Shown here: positions 1 to 7,808 of the stretch, in pieces | How the letters are laid out: each line of letters starts with the position of its first letter | Numbering within the stretch: position 1 is the stretch's first letter | From: Pyrinomonadales bacterium | GTDB lineage: Bacteria; Acidobacteriota; Blastocatellia; Pyrinomonadales; Pyrinomonadaceae | Length of the DNA stretch: 64,000 nucleotides | Direction: 5' to 3' | NCBI GenBank assembly: GCA_038237475.1 | Contig: JBBRYS010000010.1 | Location: 130,465-194,464 of the forward strand | Translations under genes and position numbers: made by a program | Notes under the pieces: model-generated | Databases searched by the model: none | What the model was told of the DNA's origin: nothing | Seen by the model: only the letters and a program-made list of their open reading frames with translations

Positions 1-67
1 GAAATAATCGCTCCAGCAGTCGAAGATTTGCTTGCTCATCATCGACAATCAGTAATTTATGGGTCAT
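1..67 (-). CDS. response regulator, N-terminal fragment running off the window
   Basis: Minus strand has ATG at 67..65 followed by MTHKLLIVDDEQANLRLLERLF, a receiver-domain N-terminus. It forms an ATGA overlap with the stop (64..66) of the upstream kinase gene. Confidence 0.6.
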   Translation of the reverse strand, partial: MTHKLLIVDDEQANLRLLERLF

Positions 68-1458
68 GCGTCAAAGTCCTCCAGGAAAGTATCTGAAACG
101 ATTTCTTGAGCGCTCACGAGCTGCGCGTCCGGTGAAATGGGAATCTGGACCGTGAAGGTAGCGCCCTCACCGGGTTGGCAGTGGACCTTAATGGTTCCTC
201 CGTGCCGTTCGATGATCCCGTAAGAGATGGAAAGTCCGAGACCCGTTCCTTCACCGACCGGCTTGGTGGTGAAAAACGGATCGAAGATTCGAGCTTGCAG
301 TTCAGGGGGGATGCCGCATCCGGAATCGCGAATCGCGATCACCGCAAGATTGTCCTCCAAGCGCGTCGTGATCCAAACCTCGCCGTTGCCTTCGATGGCT
401 TGCGCTGCGTTTGCCAAAATGTTCATCCACACCTGGTTCAATTGCGCCGCATGGCAACTCACGCGCGGCAACTCGCCGTAGTCTCGTCGTAGGCGCAACC
501 GGCCCGAACTGTAGTATTGAGAAAGCAGCCTGAGAGTTGAGTCGATCCCCTCGTGCAGATCGACTTGCTGCAGGTCCGATTCATCCAGTCGCGAAAATAG
601 TCGCAGATTCTGAACCACGTCGCGGATGCGCTCAGCGCCTTCCAGGCAATCAACGACAATGGAATTCAGATCGTTAATGAGGCGGGCGTAATCAAGCCGC
701 TGTTTCAGAGGATCAATCAAACGGGCCGATTCGGGTGACAGTTCCAGTTGATCGTAGGCGGCCAGTAATTCCTGCAAACCGGCAATCTCATTTTTCAGCA
801 AATCCATGTTGCCGTAAATAAAGCCGGCTGGGTTGTTCAACTCGTGAGCGACGCCGGCTGCGAGTTGGCCGAGACTCGCCATTTTTTCGCTGTGAACGAT
901 TTGGGCTTGCAGTCGTTGTAACTCAGCCGCTCGTAAGGCGAGCTCCTTATTCTGCTTCTCGATGTCGGCCTTGTATTTTTTTGCCTCGCACTGCAGGGTG
1001 CGACGATCGAGGGCGCGCTCCACAGCAATCAACAACACGTCGAGCTCGCAGGGCTTAATCAAATAATCCGCTGCCCCTAGACTGAGCGCGTCGCGAACGC
1101 GCTGTGAACGGTCCACTCCCGAGACCATGATCACCGCCGTCTCAGGATAGCGAGCAGTAATCTCACGCAGAAGCTCGACCCCATTGCGACCGGGCATCAT
1201 GACATCGCTGATAACCAGCGAAAAAGACTCCTCAGCCATGCGTTCGAGAGCTTCGTTAGCAGAACCCGCAGTGGTGCATTCGTATTGATCGCGCAGACAT
1301 TCGGCGAATACAAGACGGATCGCTTCTTCGTCGTCGACCACCAAAATGCGATCGCTCTTCGTCGGCTCGTACTCAGTGGAGTCCTTGCCGACACTCGCTT
1401 CCCTTTCATCAGTGAGCACCGAAGGCACAACAGAAGAGATTCTTAGATTATCGATCAT
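64..1458 (-). CDS. hybrid sensor histidine kinase (N-terminal receiver domain + HisKA + HATPase_c)
   Basis: The 464-aa ORF has an REC signature (ILVVDDEEAIRLV, DVMMPGRNG, LIKP) and a coiled-coil. It also has the H-box HELNNPAGFI and ATPase boxes NILANAAQAI, DSGCGIP and GTGLGLSISY. Confidence 0.9.
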   Translation of the reverse strand: MIDNLRISSVVPSVLTDEREASVGKDSTEYEPTKSDRILVVDDEEAIRLVFAECLRDQYECTTAGSANEALERMAEESFSLVISDVMMPGRNGVELLREITARYPETAVIMVSGVDRSQRVRDALSLGAADYLIKPCELDVLLIAVERALDRRTLQCEAKKYKADIEKQNKELALRAAELQRLQAQIVHSEKMASLGQLAAGVAHELNNPAGFIYGNMDLLKNEIAGLQELLAAYDQLELSPESARLIDPLKQRLDYARLINDLNSIVVDCLEGAERIRDVVQNLRLFSRLDESDLQQVDLHEGIDSTLRLLSQYYSSGRLRLRRDYGELPRVSCHAAQLNQVWMNILANAAQAIEGNGEVWITTRLEDNLAVIAIRDSGCGIPPELQARIFDPFFTTKPVGEGTGLGLSISYGIIERHGGTIKVHCQPGEGATFTVQIPISPDAQLVSAQEIVSDTFLEDFDA

Positions 1459-1911
1459 TTCTTTGAGTGGACATTCGAGGCGGTAGTAGACAGATGCTAA
1501 CAGGAGGCGGAAAAGACCACCTGTGGCAGGAGACCGGGTATTTTCGCCGCTTTTCCCCGTAAGAAACAGAGAAATTCGACCAAATGCTTACTAAGCACCA
1601 ACCGTGCCAGTGCTGCACGACCCGGACACAGTCACGCTCGCCGGCGCGGGGACCGCGAGTCCAGTTTTTTCAAGGGGGTACAAGGATTGCCCAGATCGTA
1701 TCGCCGCGGGCAGATGTTTCTGCCCCTTCGATGGTTTGGGTGCCGGCGCTATCGACTGACCGAGATGTTTAGCAGCCCTTCCGCTCGCCGACCCTGCTTT
1801 CATATTCCTCGAATACCAGGCATTCGACACCACAACTATTCAGCTACGCATTCGCAGCTTCTGTCGGGCCGTGCTCTGCATGCCATACCGCTTTCTTACC
1901 GGGGAACCAAA

Positions 1912-3279
1912 ATGGATCGAGATTTGAAATCAGTTCGGACTTCAATAGCGCAAAAACTTCTTACTGCGCTGTGTATTATTTACTTGTCGTTGCCAATTGT
2001 CTGTGCTGCTGCACCGCCTTTCGGAGAAACCGAAAATAAATTTGCTTCCATAGCCGAGCCCATCTCAGCGACCGAGATCACTTCTTATGATTGGAATCTA
2101 CAGCAAACGCAGCGACCATTATTGAATTTACCCGACCCGGTGAACACTAGCTTTCAGTTTTCTCAGTTTCGTCCGCTCGGCCTGCTCAGGCTTGATCTTT
2201 CTCAATCGCTGGAGTTCGACTCGCGGGCAAATAAGTACCTGCTGCGGCTCGCAGAGGATGCTGACCGGCGGAAGCAGTCGATTGAATTTATCGAGACCGG
2301 AATACCGGGACGTTACGTCTCGCCGGATAACAGGTACGACAATCTGATCGACAACAAGGGTGTGAAGACAATTCGGTCGCGGCAGAATGTGGAGTACACG
2401 TTTATCCGCTTCAGCGACGGCGTCGACCGATGTATTCGTATCAAGGGCGAAGGGGGCTCAGTAATTACCCTCGTCTACTCAAGAGACAATCTGATTCACA
2501 GCATTCTTGATTCAAGCGGACGCATCCTCACCTTTAACTATGTGGATGGGAAAATCGATTCAATTACCCAATCCTGGATTGCCGATGCCGTCGCCCTCAA
2601 TCGGACCTGGACCGTGGAGAAAGCGCGGAGCGATGTAAAGTTGGCTCATGCAAGTCGTCCTCGCACAATAATTGTGGCGGCTAACGCAAGCATTACTGCC
2701 AGACATATGAAAGTGCTGCCCGATAATGCCGTGACGACTGAATACACTGCCTCAATGATCAGCAGCGACAGAAAGCTCGCCGCCATTTTTGGGGGCCCCG
2801 GTGCAGTCGCCGCAGCCAACGGATTCGAGCCGGAAAAGCTTGCCGGTCAATATCCCCTCTATCGTGGAGACATCACTGCAATCGATGGTCACCTGTTGAG
2901 AGGGCATCTCAGTTTCGCCATGCATCTGTATGGTAACGAGGAAGGGACCGCAGAGTCAGCCCTCTATGTTCCAGCCGGCTTCACTTCCCACAGTTCAGCG
3001 CCGGGACCTACAGATGCCGCGGTGACTTTTTTCTATCCGCGTCTGGGGAACCTGACGAACGTGACACTCGCAGTCTTTCATGTCGCGAACTTCGCTATTG
3101 AATCCGGCGCTTCGCATCACCTCTCACAAACTCGAATTCGCATCGGCAATATTGGCGGAACGGGTGGTTCCTGTGCAGTTTATAAACACTCTCATATTGA
3201 ATTTTACCGCGGCAATGTAGGCTTACCTTCAGCTCCGGATCGCGAGCGCTTGCGCATCCACCCCGTCAGCGTCTTTTGA
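1912..3279 (+). CDS. hypothetical secreted protein with YD/RHS-like repeat segment
   Basis: Lies in ORF 1687..3279. The first ATG (1912) opens a signal-like segment, MDRDLKSVRTSIAQKLLTALCIIYLSLPIVCAAAPP. The central stretch VITLVYSRDNLIHSILDSSGRILTFNYVDGKIDSITQ resembles YD repeats. I recognise no catalytic family. Confidence 0.55.
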   Translation: MDRDLKSVRTSIAQKLLTALCIIYLSLPIVCAAAPPFGETENKFASIAEPISATEITSYDWNLQQTQRPLLNLPDPVNTSFQFSQFRPLGLLRLDLSQSLEFDSRANKYLLRLAEDADRRKQSIEFIETGIPGRYVSPDNRYDNLIDNKGVKTIRSRQNVEYTFIRFSDGVDRCIRIKGEGGSVITLVYSRDNLIHSILDSSGRILTFNYVDGKIDSITQSWIADAVALNRTWTVEKARSDVKLAHASRPRTIIVAANASITARHMKVLPDNAVTTEYTASMISSDRKLAAIFGGPGAVAAANGFEPEKLAGQYPLYRGDITAIDGHLLRGHLSFAMHLYGNEEGTAESALYVPAGFTSHSSAPGPTDAAVTFFYPRLGNLTNVTLAVFHVANFAIESGASHHLSQTRIRIGNIGGTGGSCAVYKHSHIEFYRGNVGLPSAPDRERLRIHPVSVF

Positions 3280-3375
3280 ATCCGGTCTCACCAAACCCGT
3301 CGGTGGGATTTTCAACCACTGCCCCCAAAAGCCAGTTGGCCTTTTAAGCACAGCCGCGCTTATGATTAGCGCCTT

Positions 3376-4626
3376 ATGAGCAGCACATCGCCATCAGCAG
3401 GCACAAACGTCGCACCTGTCGAAACAATCCGAACGCATTTCCCCGCGCTGGAGAGAATTCATCAGCAGCAACCGGTGGCCTACTTTGACGGGCCAGGTGG
3501 CACTCAGGTGCCGCGCGCCGTGGTCACGGCCATGGCTGATTATCTCTACCATCACAATGCCAACACCCACTGGGCCTATCCGACCAGTGCCGAAACCGAT
3601 GCGTCTATTGAAAGTGCGCGCCATACCTGTGCCGACTTTTTGAACGCGGCGGCGGCAGAAATAATTTTTGGCGCCAACATGACCACGCTGACGTTTCACC
3701 TGGCGCGCGCGCTCAGCGTCAACTGGGGCGCCGGTGATGAACTGGTCGTTACGGAACTGGACCATCATGCGAACATCGCACCCTGGCAACGACTTGCTCG
3801 CGAACGCGGCGTGACCGTGCGTACCGTGCGGCTCATTCCCGAAACGGGCCAGCTCGATTGGGAAGAATTCGAAAAGTCAGTTCATGGACGAACCAGGTTA
3901 ATTGCGATAGGCGCTGCGTCGAACGCGCTTGGCACCATTAACGAAGTCGCGCGGGCGGTTGCACTGGCGCGCAAGTTTCAGGCTCAAGTCTTTGTCGATG
4001 CCGTGCATTTCGTGCCTCACGAAATCGCCGACGTGCGTGCCCTCGACTGTGACTTTCTGGCGATGTCTGCCTATAAATTTTATGGGCCGCACATCGGAGT
4101 CCTTTATTGCAAGGGCGACCTGATCGATGCAATCGATTTCCCCAGGCTTCTGCCCGCGCCGGACAAGGGACCGGAACGAGGCGAGACCGGAACTCAAAAT
4201 CATGAAGGCATTCTGGGCGCGGCAGCAGCAATAGATTTCTTGGCTTCGCTTGGGAACGGTGCATCAAAACGCGCGCAGCTCATCACAGTCTATTCAGAGT
4301 TACATCGCCGCAGCCTGGAACTGGTGCAACAACTTTGGCACGGGCTTGCATCGATTGAGGGCGTTCGCCTTTATGGTCCTCCTCCAGACGCGGCGCGCAC
4401 TGCGACGGTTTCATTTGTAGTTGACAGGGTTTCGTCCACCGAGGTCGCGCGGCAGTTGGCCGAGCGGGGACTGTTTCTCTCGCACGGCGATTTTTACGCA
4501 ACGACAGTCGTGGAACGCCTGGGGTTAGGCGACGAAGGACTGGTCCGCGCCGGCTGCGCTTGTTATACGACTAAGGAAGAGGTTGAGAGGCTGGTGAAAG
4601 GTGTGGCGGAAATTGCGGGGGGATAG
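3376..4626 (+). CDS. aminotransferase class V / cysteine desulfurase-like PLP enzyme (canonical catalytic Cys absent)
   Basis: The 416-aa ORF has a PLP-lysine motif SAYKFYGPH and a C-terminal VRAGCACYTTKEEVERL, as in the SufS/CsdA family. The position of the SufS GHHCA loop reads GDFYA. Confidence 0.8.
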   Translation: MSSTSPSAGTNVAPVETIRTHFPALERIHQQQPVAYFDGPGGTQVPRAVVTAMADYLYHHNANTHWAYPTSAETDASIESARHTCADFLNAAAAEIIFGANMTTLTFHLARALSVNWGAGDELVVTELDHHANIAPWQRLARERGVTVRTVRLIPETGQLDWEEFEKSVHGRTRLIAIGAASNALGTINEVARAVALARKFQAQVFVDAVHFVPHEIADVRALDCDFLAMSAYKFYGPHIGVLYCKGDLIDAIDFPRLLPAPDKGPERGETGTQNHEGILGAAAAIDFLASLGNGASKRAQLITVYSELHRRSLELVQQLWHGLASIEGVRLYGPPPDAARTATVSFVVDRVSSTEVARQLAERGLFLSHGDFYATTVVERLGLGDEGLVRAGCACYTTKEEVERLVKGVAEIAGG

Positions 4627-4654
4627 CGTTTGATTTGAAATTTCACAAGTTCAA

Positions 4655-4737
4655 TTTTATGCTTTGTACTTTCAATTTTGTGCTTTGTACTTTTTCAATT
4701 TTGTGCTTTGTACTTTGTGCTTTGTGCTTTGAATTTG
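4655..4737. repeat. tandem GTGCTTT/GTACTTT heptamer-based repeat (about 21-nt super-unit caattttgtgctttgtacttt)
   Basis: Direct reading of caattttatgctttgtactt / caattttgtgctttgtacttttt / caattttgtgctttgtactttgtgctttgtgctttg, immediately after the stop of the 3376..4626 gene. Confidence 0.85.
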
Positions 4738-4758
4738 GATGTTGCGTCTGGATTTATT

Positions 4759-4974
4759 GTCCGCGTTAGCGGACAACCGAGAATAGCCCACCAGTTTACT
4801 GCTGGGGATCGGAGGGCGACGATTGGTAGTCCGAGAAGCGGACGGCTGATTGATAGTCATCACATACCCCCACCCTCTTCAGCCGTCCGCTTCACGGACT
4901 TCGGCTCAATTCCCTTTGATCCGATGCCACCGACAAATCGGTGGGCTATTTTCAATCGTTCGCTAAACGCGGAC
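4759..4974. repeat. long imperfect palindrome (arms 4759-4848 and 4880-4974) built from GTCCGC-N3-4-GCGGAC mini-hairpins
   Basis: The left arm gtccgcgttagcggac...aatagcccacc...agtccgagaagcggacggctg matches the reverse complement of the right arm cagccgtccgcttcacggact...ggtgggctatt...cgctaaacgcggac. The loop is 4849-4879. Confidence 0.8.
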
Positions 4975-4980
4975 TAACCT

Positions 4981-5095
4981 ACATTTGAACTTTGAACTTT
5001 GTGCTCTTATTAGCTGCGCTGATGGTCCTGCCTGTGCTCGGAGACAAAGAACAAAGCTCTAAGTACAAGGCTCCAAGCTCAAATCCAATCACCCT
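4981..5095. repeat. heptamer-type repeat, partly the reverse complement of the 4655-4737 repeat
   Basis: The region reads acatttgaactttgaactttgtgctc ... caaagaacaaagctctaagtacaaggctccaagctcaaatccaa. The CAAAGxA units are the complement of TxCTTTG units on the other side of the palindrome. Confidence 0.6.
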
Positions 5096-5124
5096 CGAAG
5101 CGAGGAAAAGCCTCCCACTCTCCC

Positions 5125-6135
5125 TCACCTGACTGCATTAATAAAATCTGCCAACAAACCAAACGCCGTGCTTTGCAGATTCGGACGGTGAGACATGATT
5201 GTCAGCCCCGGCATCATGTCGAGCTCAAAATGAACTGCCAGTGAAGTGCCGCGCACAGAAGCAAGCGGATCAGTAGCACTCAACTGTTCGGGCCGTACAC
5301 CAGCGATTATCGATTCGTCCTCGTTCACCTGCACGCGCGACACCAGCTTGAATGGCCTTCCTTCTGCCCGCGCCCGGCGCAAAGTCTGAACGTCGAGATC
5401 TCGGATTCCCTCCCGCCGAACCGCGTCAGGTGTCAGCGGAGACTTCAGCAGAACTTTTGCCAACGCACAAACCTTGACGGCCGAATCCCAACCGTCAACA
5501 TCATGACTCGGATCGGTCTCAGTCACGCCGAGCTCCTGCGCTGCCTTGACGCCTTCTTCGAATGTGCGTCCGGTTTCCATCGCCTCGAGAATGACATTTG
5601 TAGTCGAGTTAAAAATTCCGGTGAAGCCCCGCAGACGAACTGCCGGCAGGCACTCGCGAAACAGTGAGAAGATTGGCGCGCTATCGAGCACAGTCGATTC
5701 AAACAGAAAGCGTTTTCCGACGCTCTCACTCAAGGCCGTTAATTCATTATAGCCATGGACCACGACGCCTTTGTTCGCAGTGATGGCGTGAGCCCCGGCC
5801 TGTAAGGCTGAGCGTAAATAGTCAATTGCCGGTTGACCTGTCTCTACATTGAGTGAAGTTGTTTCGAAGACTACCGAAGGCTGCGCCGCTTCCAGCCACT
5901 GCTTAACGCCATGAGCTTCCTGAATGGCGGATGAATCGAGCTTGCCTGCGAGCAAGTTATCCGGATCGAAGCCTGCGGCGTTCCAACGCCAACCCATCCC
6001 TCGCGTCGCGACTCCAGTAATGCGCCAATCGATTCCATAGAGCTCGGCCAGTTCGGCCCGTTTCGATCCAAACAGCCGCGCCAGCGCTCGACCGACATTT
6101 CCAAACCCGAGAAAGCAGAGATTATGAACTTGCAT
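5125..6135 (-). CDS. hom: homoserine dehydrogenase
   Basis: Lies in ORF 5125..6207. ATG at 6135 gives MQVHNLCFLGFGNVGRAL, a Rossmann GxGxxG motif. It also has ITANKG and a catalytic-domain LGVTETDPSHDVDGWDSAVK motif typical of homoserine dehydrogenase. Confidence 0.8.
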   Translation of the reverse strand: MQVHNLCFLGFGNVGRALARLFGSKRAELAELYGIDWRITGVATRGMGWRWNAAGFDPDNLLAGKLDSSAIQEAHGVKQWLEAAQPSVVFETTSLNVETGQPAIDYLRSALQAGAHAITANKGVVVHGYNELTALSESVGKRFLFESTVLDSAPIFSLFRECLPAVRLRGFTGIFNSTTNVILEAMETGRTFEEGVKAAQELGVTETDPSHDVDGWDSAVKVCALAKVLLKSPLTPDAVRREGIRDLDVQTLRRARAEGRPFKLVSRVQVNEDESIIAGVRPEQLSATDPLASVRGTSLAVHFELDMMPGLTIMSHRPNLQSTAFGLLADFINAVR

Positions 6136-6236
6136 TCGTCTTTGGAATCCTTTGCGACGTATTATATCGCCTGCTCCGGACAGCCACCGGAACGACACTT
6201 TCGACACGCACCCTGTGAATCGGTGTTCCTGGAAAG

Positions 6237-7085
6237 ATGAAACAATACCACGACCTGCTCAAATCAATTCTGTCCCACGGCGAGGAACACCAGGATCGGA
6301 CCGGCGTGGGCACCATTTCTCACTTCGGGTATCAAACGCGATTCGATCTTCGCGAAGGCTTTCCCATTGTAACGACCAAGAAGATTCCGTTCAGGTGGGT
6401 CGCCGAAGAACTGTTCTGGTTTCTCTCGGGCGACACCAACGAAGCGAACCTGCGCTCCAGAGGTGTCGACATCTGGGCCGAGTGGGCTGACGAACAACAC
6501 ACTCAGCGCTTTGGCCGCCCCGCCGGGGATCTTGGTCCAGTCTACGGCTATCTTTGGAGATCGTTTGGCGGTCATTATCCCGCGTGGAACGGAGTGGACC
6601 AAATCGCGAATCTCATCAACGAGATCCGGACAAATCCCAACTCTCGCCGGTTGATAGTTACCGGTTGGGACCCCGCACAGGCTGATCAGGTCGACCTCCC
6701 ACCCTGTCATACATTGTTTCAATTTAAGATCCAGCGTGGACTCGTGCTTCATTGCCAGCTCTATCAGCGTTCGGCCGACGCCTTTCTGGGGGTTCCTTTT
6801 AATATCAGCTCGTATGCTCTGCTGCTGCACCTGGTGGCGCACGTGTGCGAGTTGGAAGTAGGAGAGTTTGTCTACACCCTGGGTGACTATCACATCTACA
6901 AAAATCATTTGCAGCAGGTGAACGAGTTGCTCGCGCGCGAACCGCTGCCCCTGCCGCAGCTCTCGATTACAGACGAAGACAATCGGCTGCGCGGACTGGA
7001 GGGGCTGCTCAACCTGCGCTATGAGAATCTGGCGCTTAAAGGCTATCAATCGCACGGCAAAATTGCCGCACCCGTCGCCGTCTGA
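6237..7085 (+). CDS. thyA: thymidylate synthase ThyA
   Basis: [26 protein letters not shown]..., [10 protein letters not shown], and the [10 protein letters not shown] active-site Cys motif across 282 aa. Confidence 0.97.
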   Translation: MKQYHDLLKSILSHGEEHQDRTGVGTISHFGYQTRFDLREGFPIVTTKKIPFRWVAEELFWFLSGDTNEANLRSRGVDIWAEWADEQHTQRFGRPAGDLGPVYGYLWRSFGGHYPAWNGVDQIANLINEIRTNPNSRRLIVTGWDPAQADQVDLPPCHTLFQFKIQRGLVLHCQLYQRSADAFLGVPFNISSYALLLHLVAHVCELEVGEFVYTLGDYHIYKNHLQQVNELLAREPLPLPQLSITDEDNRLRGLEGLLNLRYENLALKGYQSHGKIAAPVAV

Positions 7086-7092
7086 GGCGGTC

Positions 7093-7266
7093 AAGGGGAA
7101 AGGGGTAAGGGGTAAGGGGTAAGAGCGAAGGGCAAGGGGCGAAGGGCAAGAGACGAGGCGCACTACCACTGACAACTGACCACTGACAACTGACTACTGA
7201 CTACTGACTACTGACAACTGACAACTGACCACTGACAATTTGTAACTGACAACTAGCTACTGACCA
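7093..7266. repeat. 7-nt periodic tandem repeat filling the thyA-folA spacer (GGGGTAA-type then CTGACAA/CTGACTA/CTGACCA-type units)
   Basis: Direct reading: ggggaaaggggtaaggggtaaggggtaag...gggcaaggggcgaagggcaag, then (a/c)ctgac(a/t/c)a repeated about 14 times up to the folA start. Confidence 0.9.
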
Positions 7267-7272
7267 ACAATA

Positions 7273-7749
7273 ATGATAATTGGAATTGTCGCGGTAGATC
7301 GCAATGGCGCCATTGGCAAGGAGGGCAAGTTGCCCTGGCACTACTCTGCTGATATGAAGTTTTTCAGAGAGACAACCACCGGCCACGCCTGCGTGATGGG
7401 CTACAAAACGTGGTTGACACTCAAGCGCCCGCTGCCCAATCGCCTCAACATCGTCCTCAGCCGTAGGTCAGAATTGGAACCTCAGGAATCAGTGTTGTTG
7501 GTGCGAAATGTCGAGTCCGTGCTGCTGCTGGCGGCCGATTTGCAAAGCGACCTCTTTGTCATCGGCGGCGAACAGATCTATCGCGCGTTTCTTCCGGCGA
7601 TTGAAAAATGGATTGTGACGGAAGTACCGCAGGAGATCGAGGGAGCTGATGCCTTTGCCCCGCCGGGCTATTTAGACGGCTTCCAGCTCACCGACAGGAA
7701 ATTCATCGCGGAAGATTTACCTGTGTCGTTCTACGATCGCCCTCTCTAA
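7273..7749 (+). CDS. folA: dihydrofolate reductase FolA
   Basis: MIIGIVAVDRNGAIGKEGKLPWH, TWLTLKRPLPNRLNIVLSR and VIGGEQIY motifs. The gene is 158 aa and lies downstream of thyA. Confidence 0.93.
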   Translation: MIIGIVAVDRNGAIGKEGKLPWHYSADMKFFRETTTGHACVMGYKTWLTLKRPLPNRLNIVLSRRSELEPQESVLLVRNVESVLLLAADLQSDLFVIGGEQIYRAFLPAIEKWIVTEVPQEIEGADAFAPPGYLDGFQLTDRKFIAEDLPVSFYDRPL

Positions 7750-7751
7750 AG

Positions 7752-7789
7752 CTCGGTCCAGGTCTCGCACAAGAGATCGCTGGACCGAG
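7752..7789. terminator. hairpin between convergent folA and S9 peptidase genes
   Basis: ctcggtccag - 18 nt - ctggaccgag gives a 10-bp perfect stem. There is no strong U-tract on either side. Confidence 0.4.
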
Positions 7790-7808
7790 TCGTTCTCAAC
7801 TACCGGAT

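Noticed and set aside
4336-4350. Sigma-54-like TGGCAC...TTGCA element (TGGCACGGGCTTGCA)
   Set aside because: The GG-to-GC spacing is one nucleotide short of the consensus, and the site lies inside the coding region of the 3376..4626 gene.
4678-4977. 99-aa plus-strand ORF in the 3376/5125 spacer
   Set aside because: It lies entirely within the heptamer repeat and long palindrome. Its composition is dictated by the repeat, and no RBS or family resemblance is visible.
6264-7175. 303-aa minus-strand ORF opposite thyA. Similar long antisense ORFs occur at 30243-30851, 40593-41153, 47602-48117, 13721-14350 and 18356-19012.
   Set aside because: Each is antisense to a gene with unmistakable family motifs. 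They are typical shadow ORFs of GC-rich coding DNA and resemble no known family.
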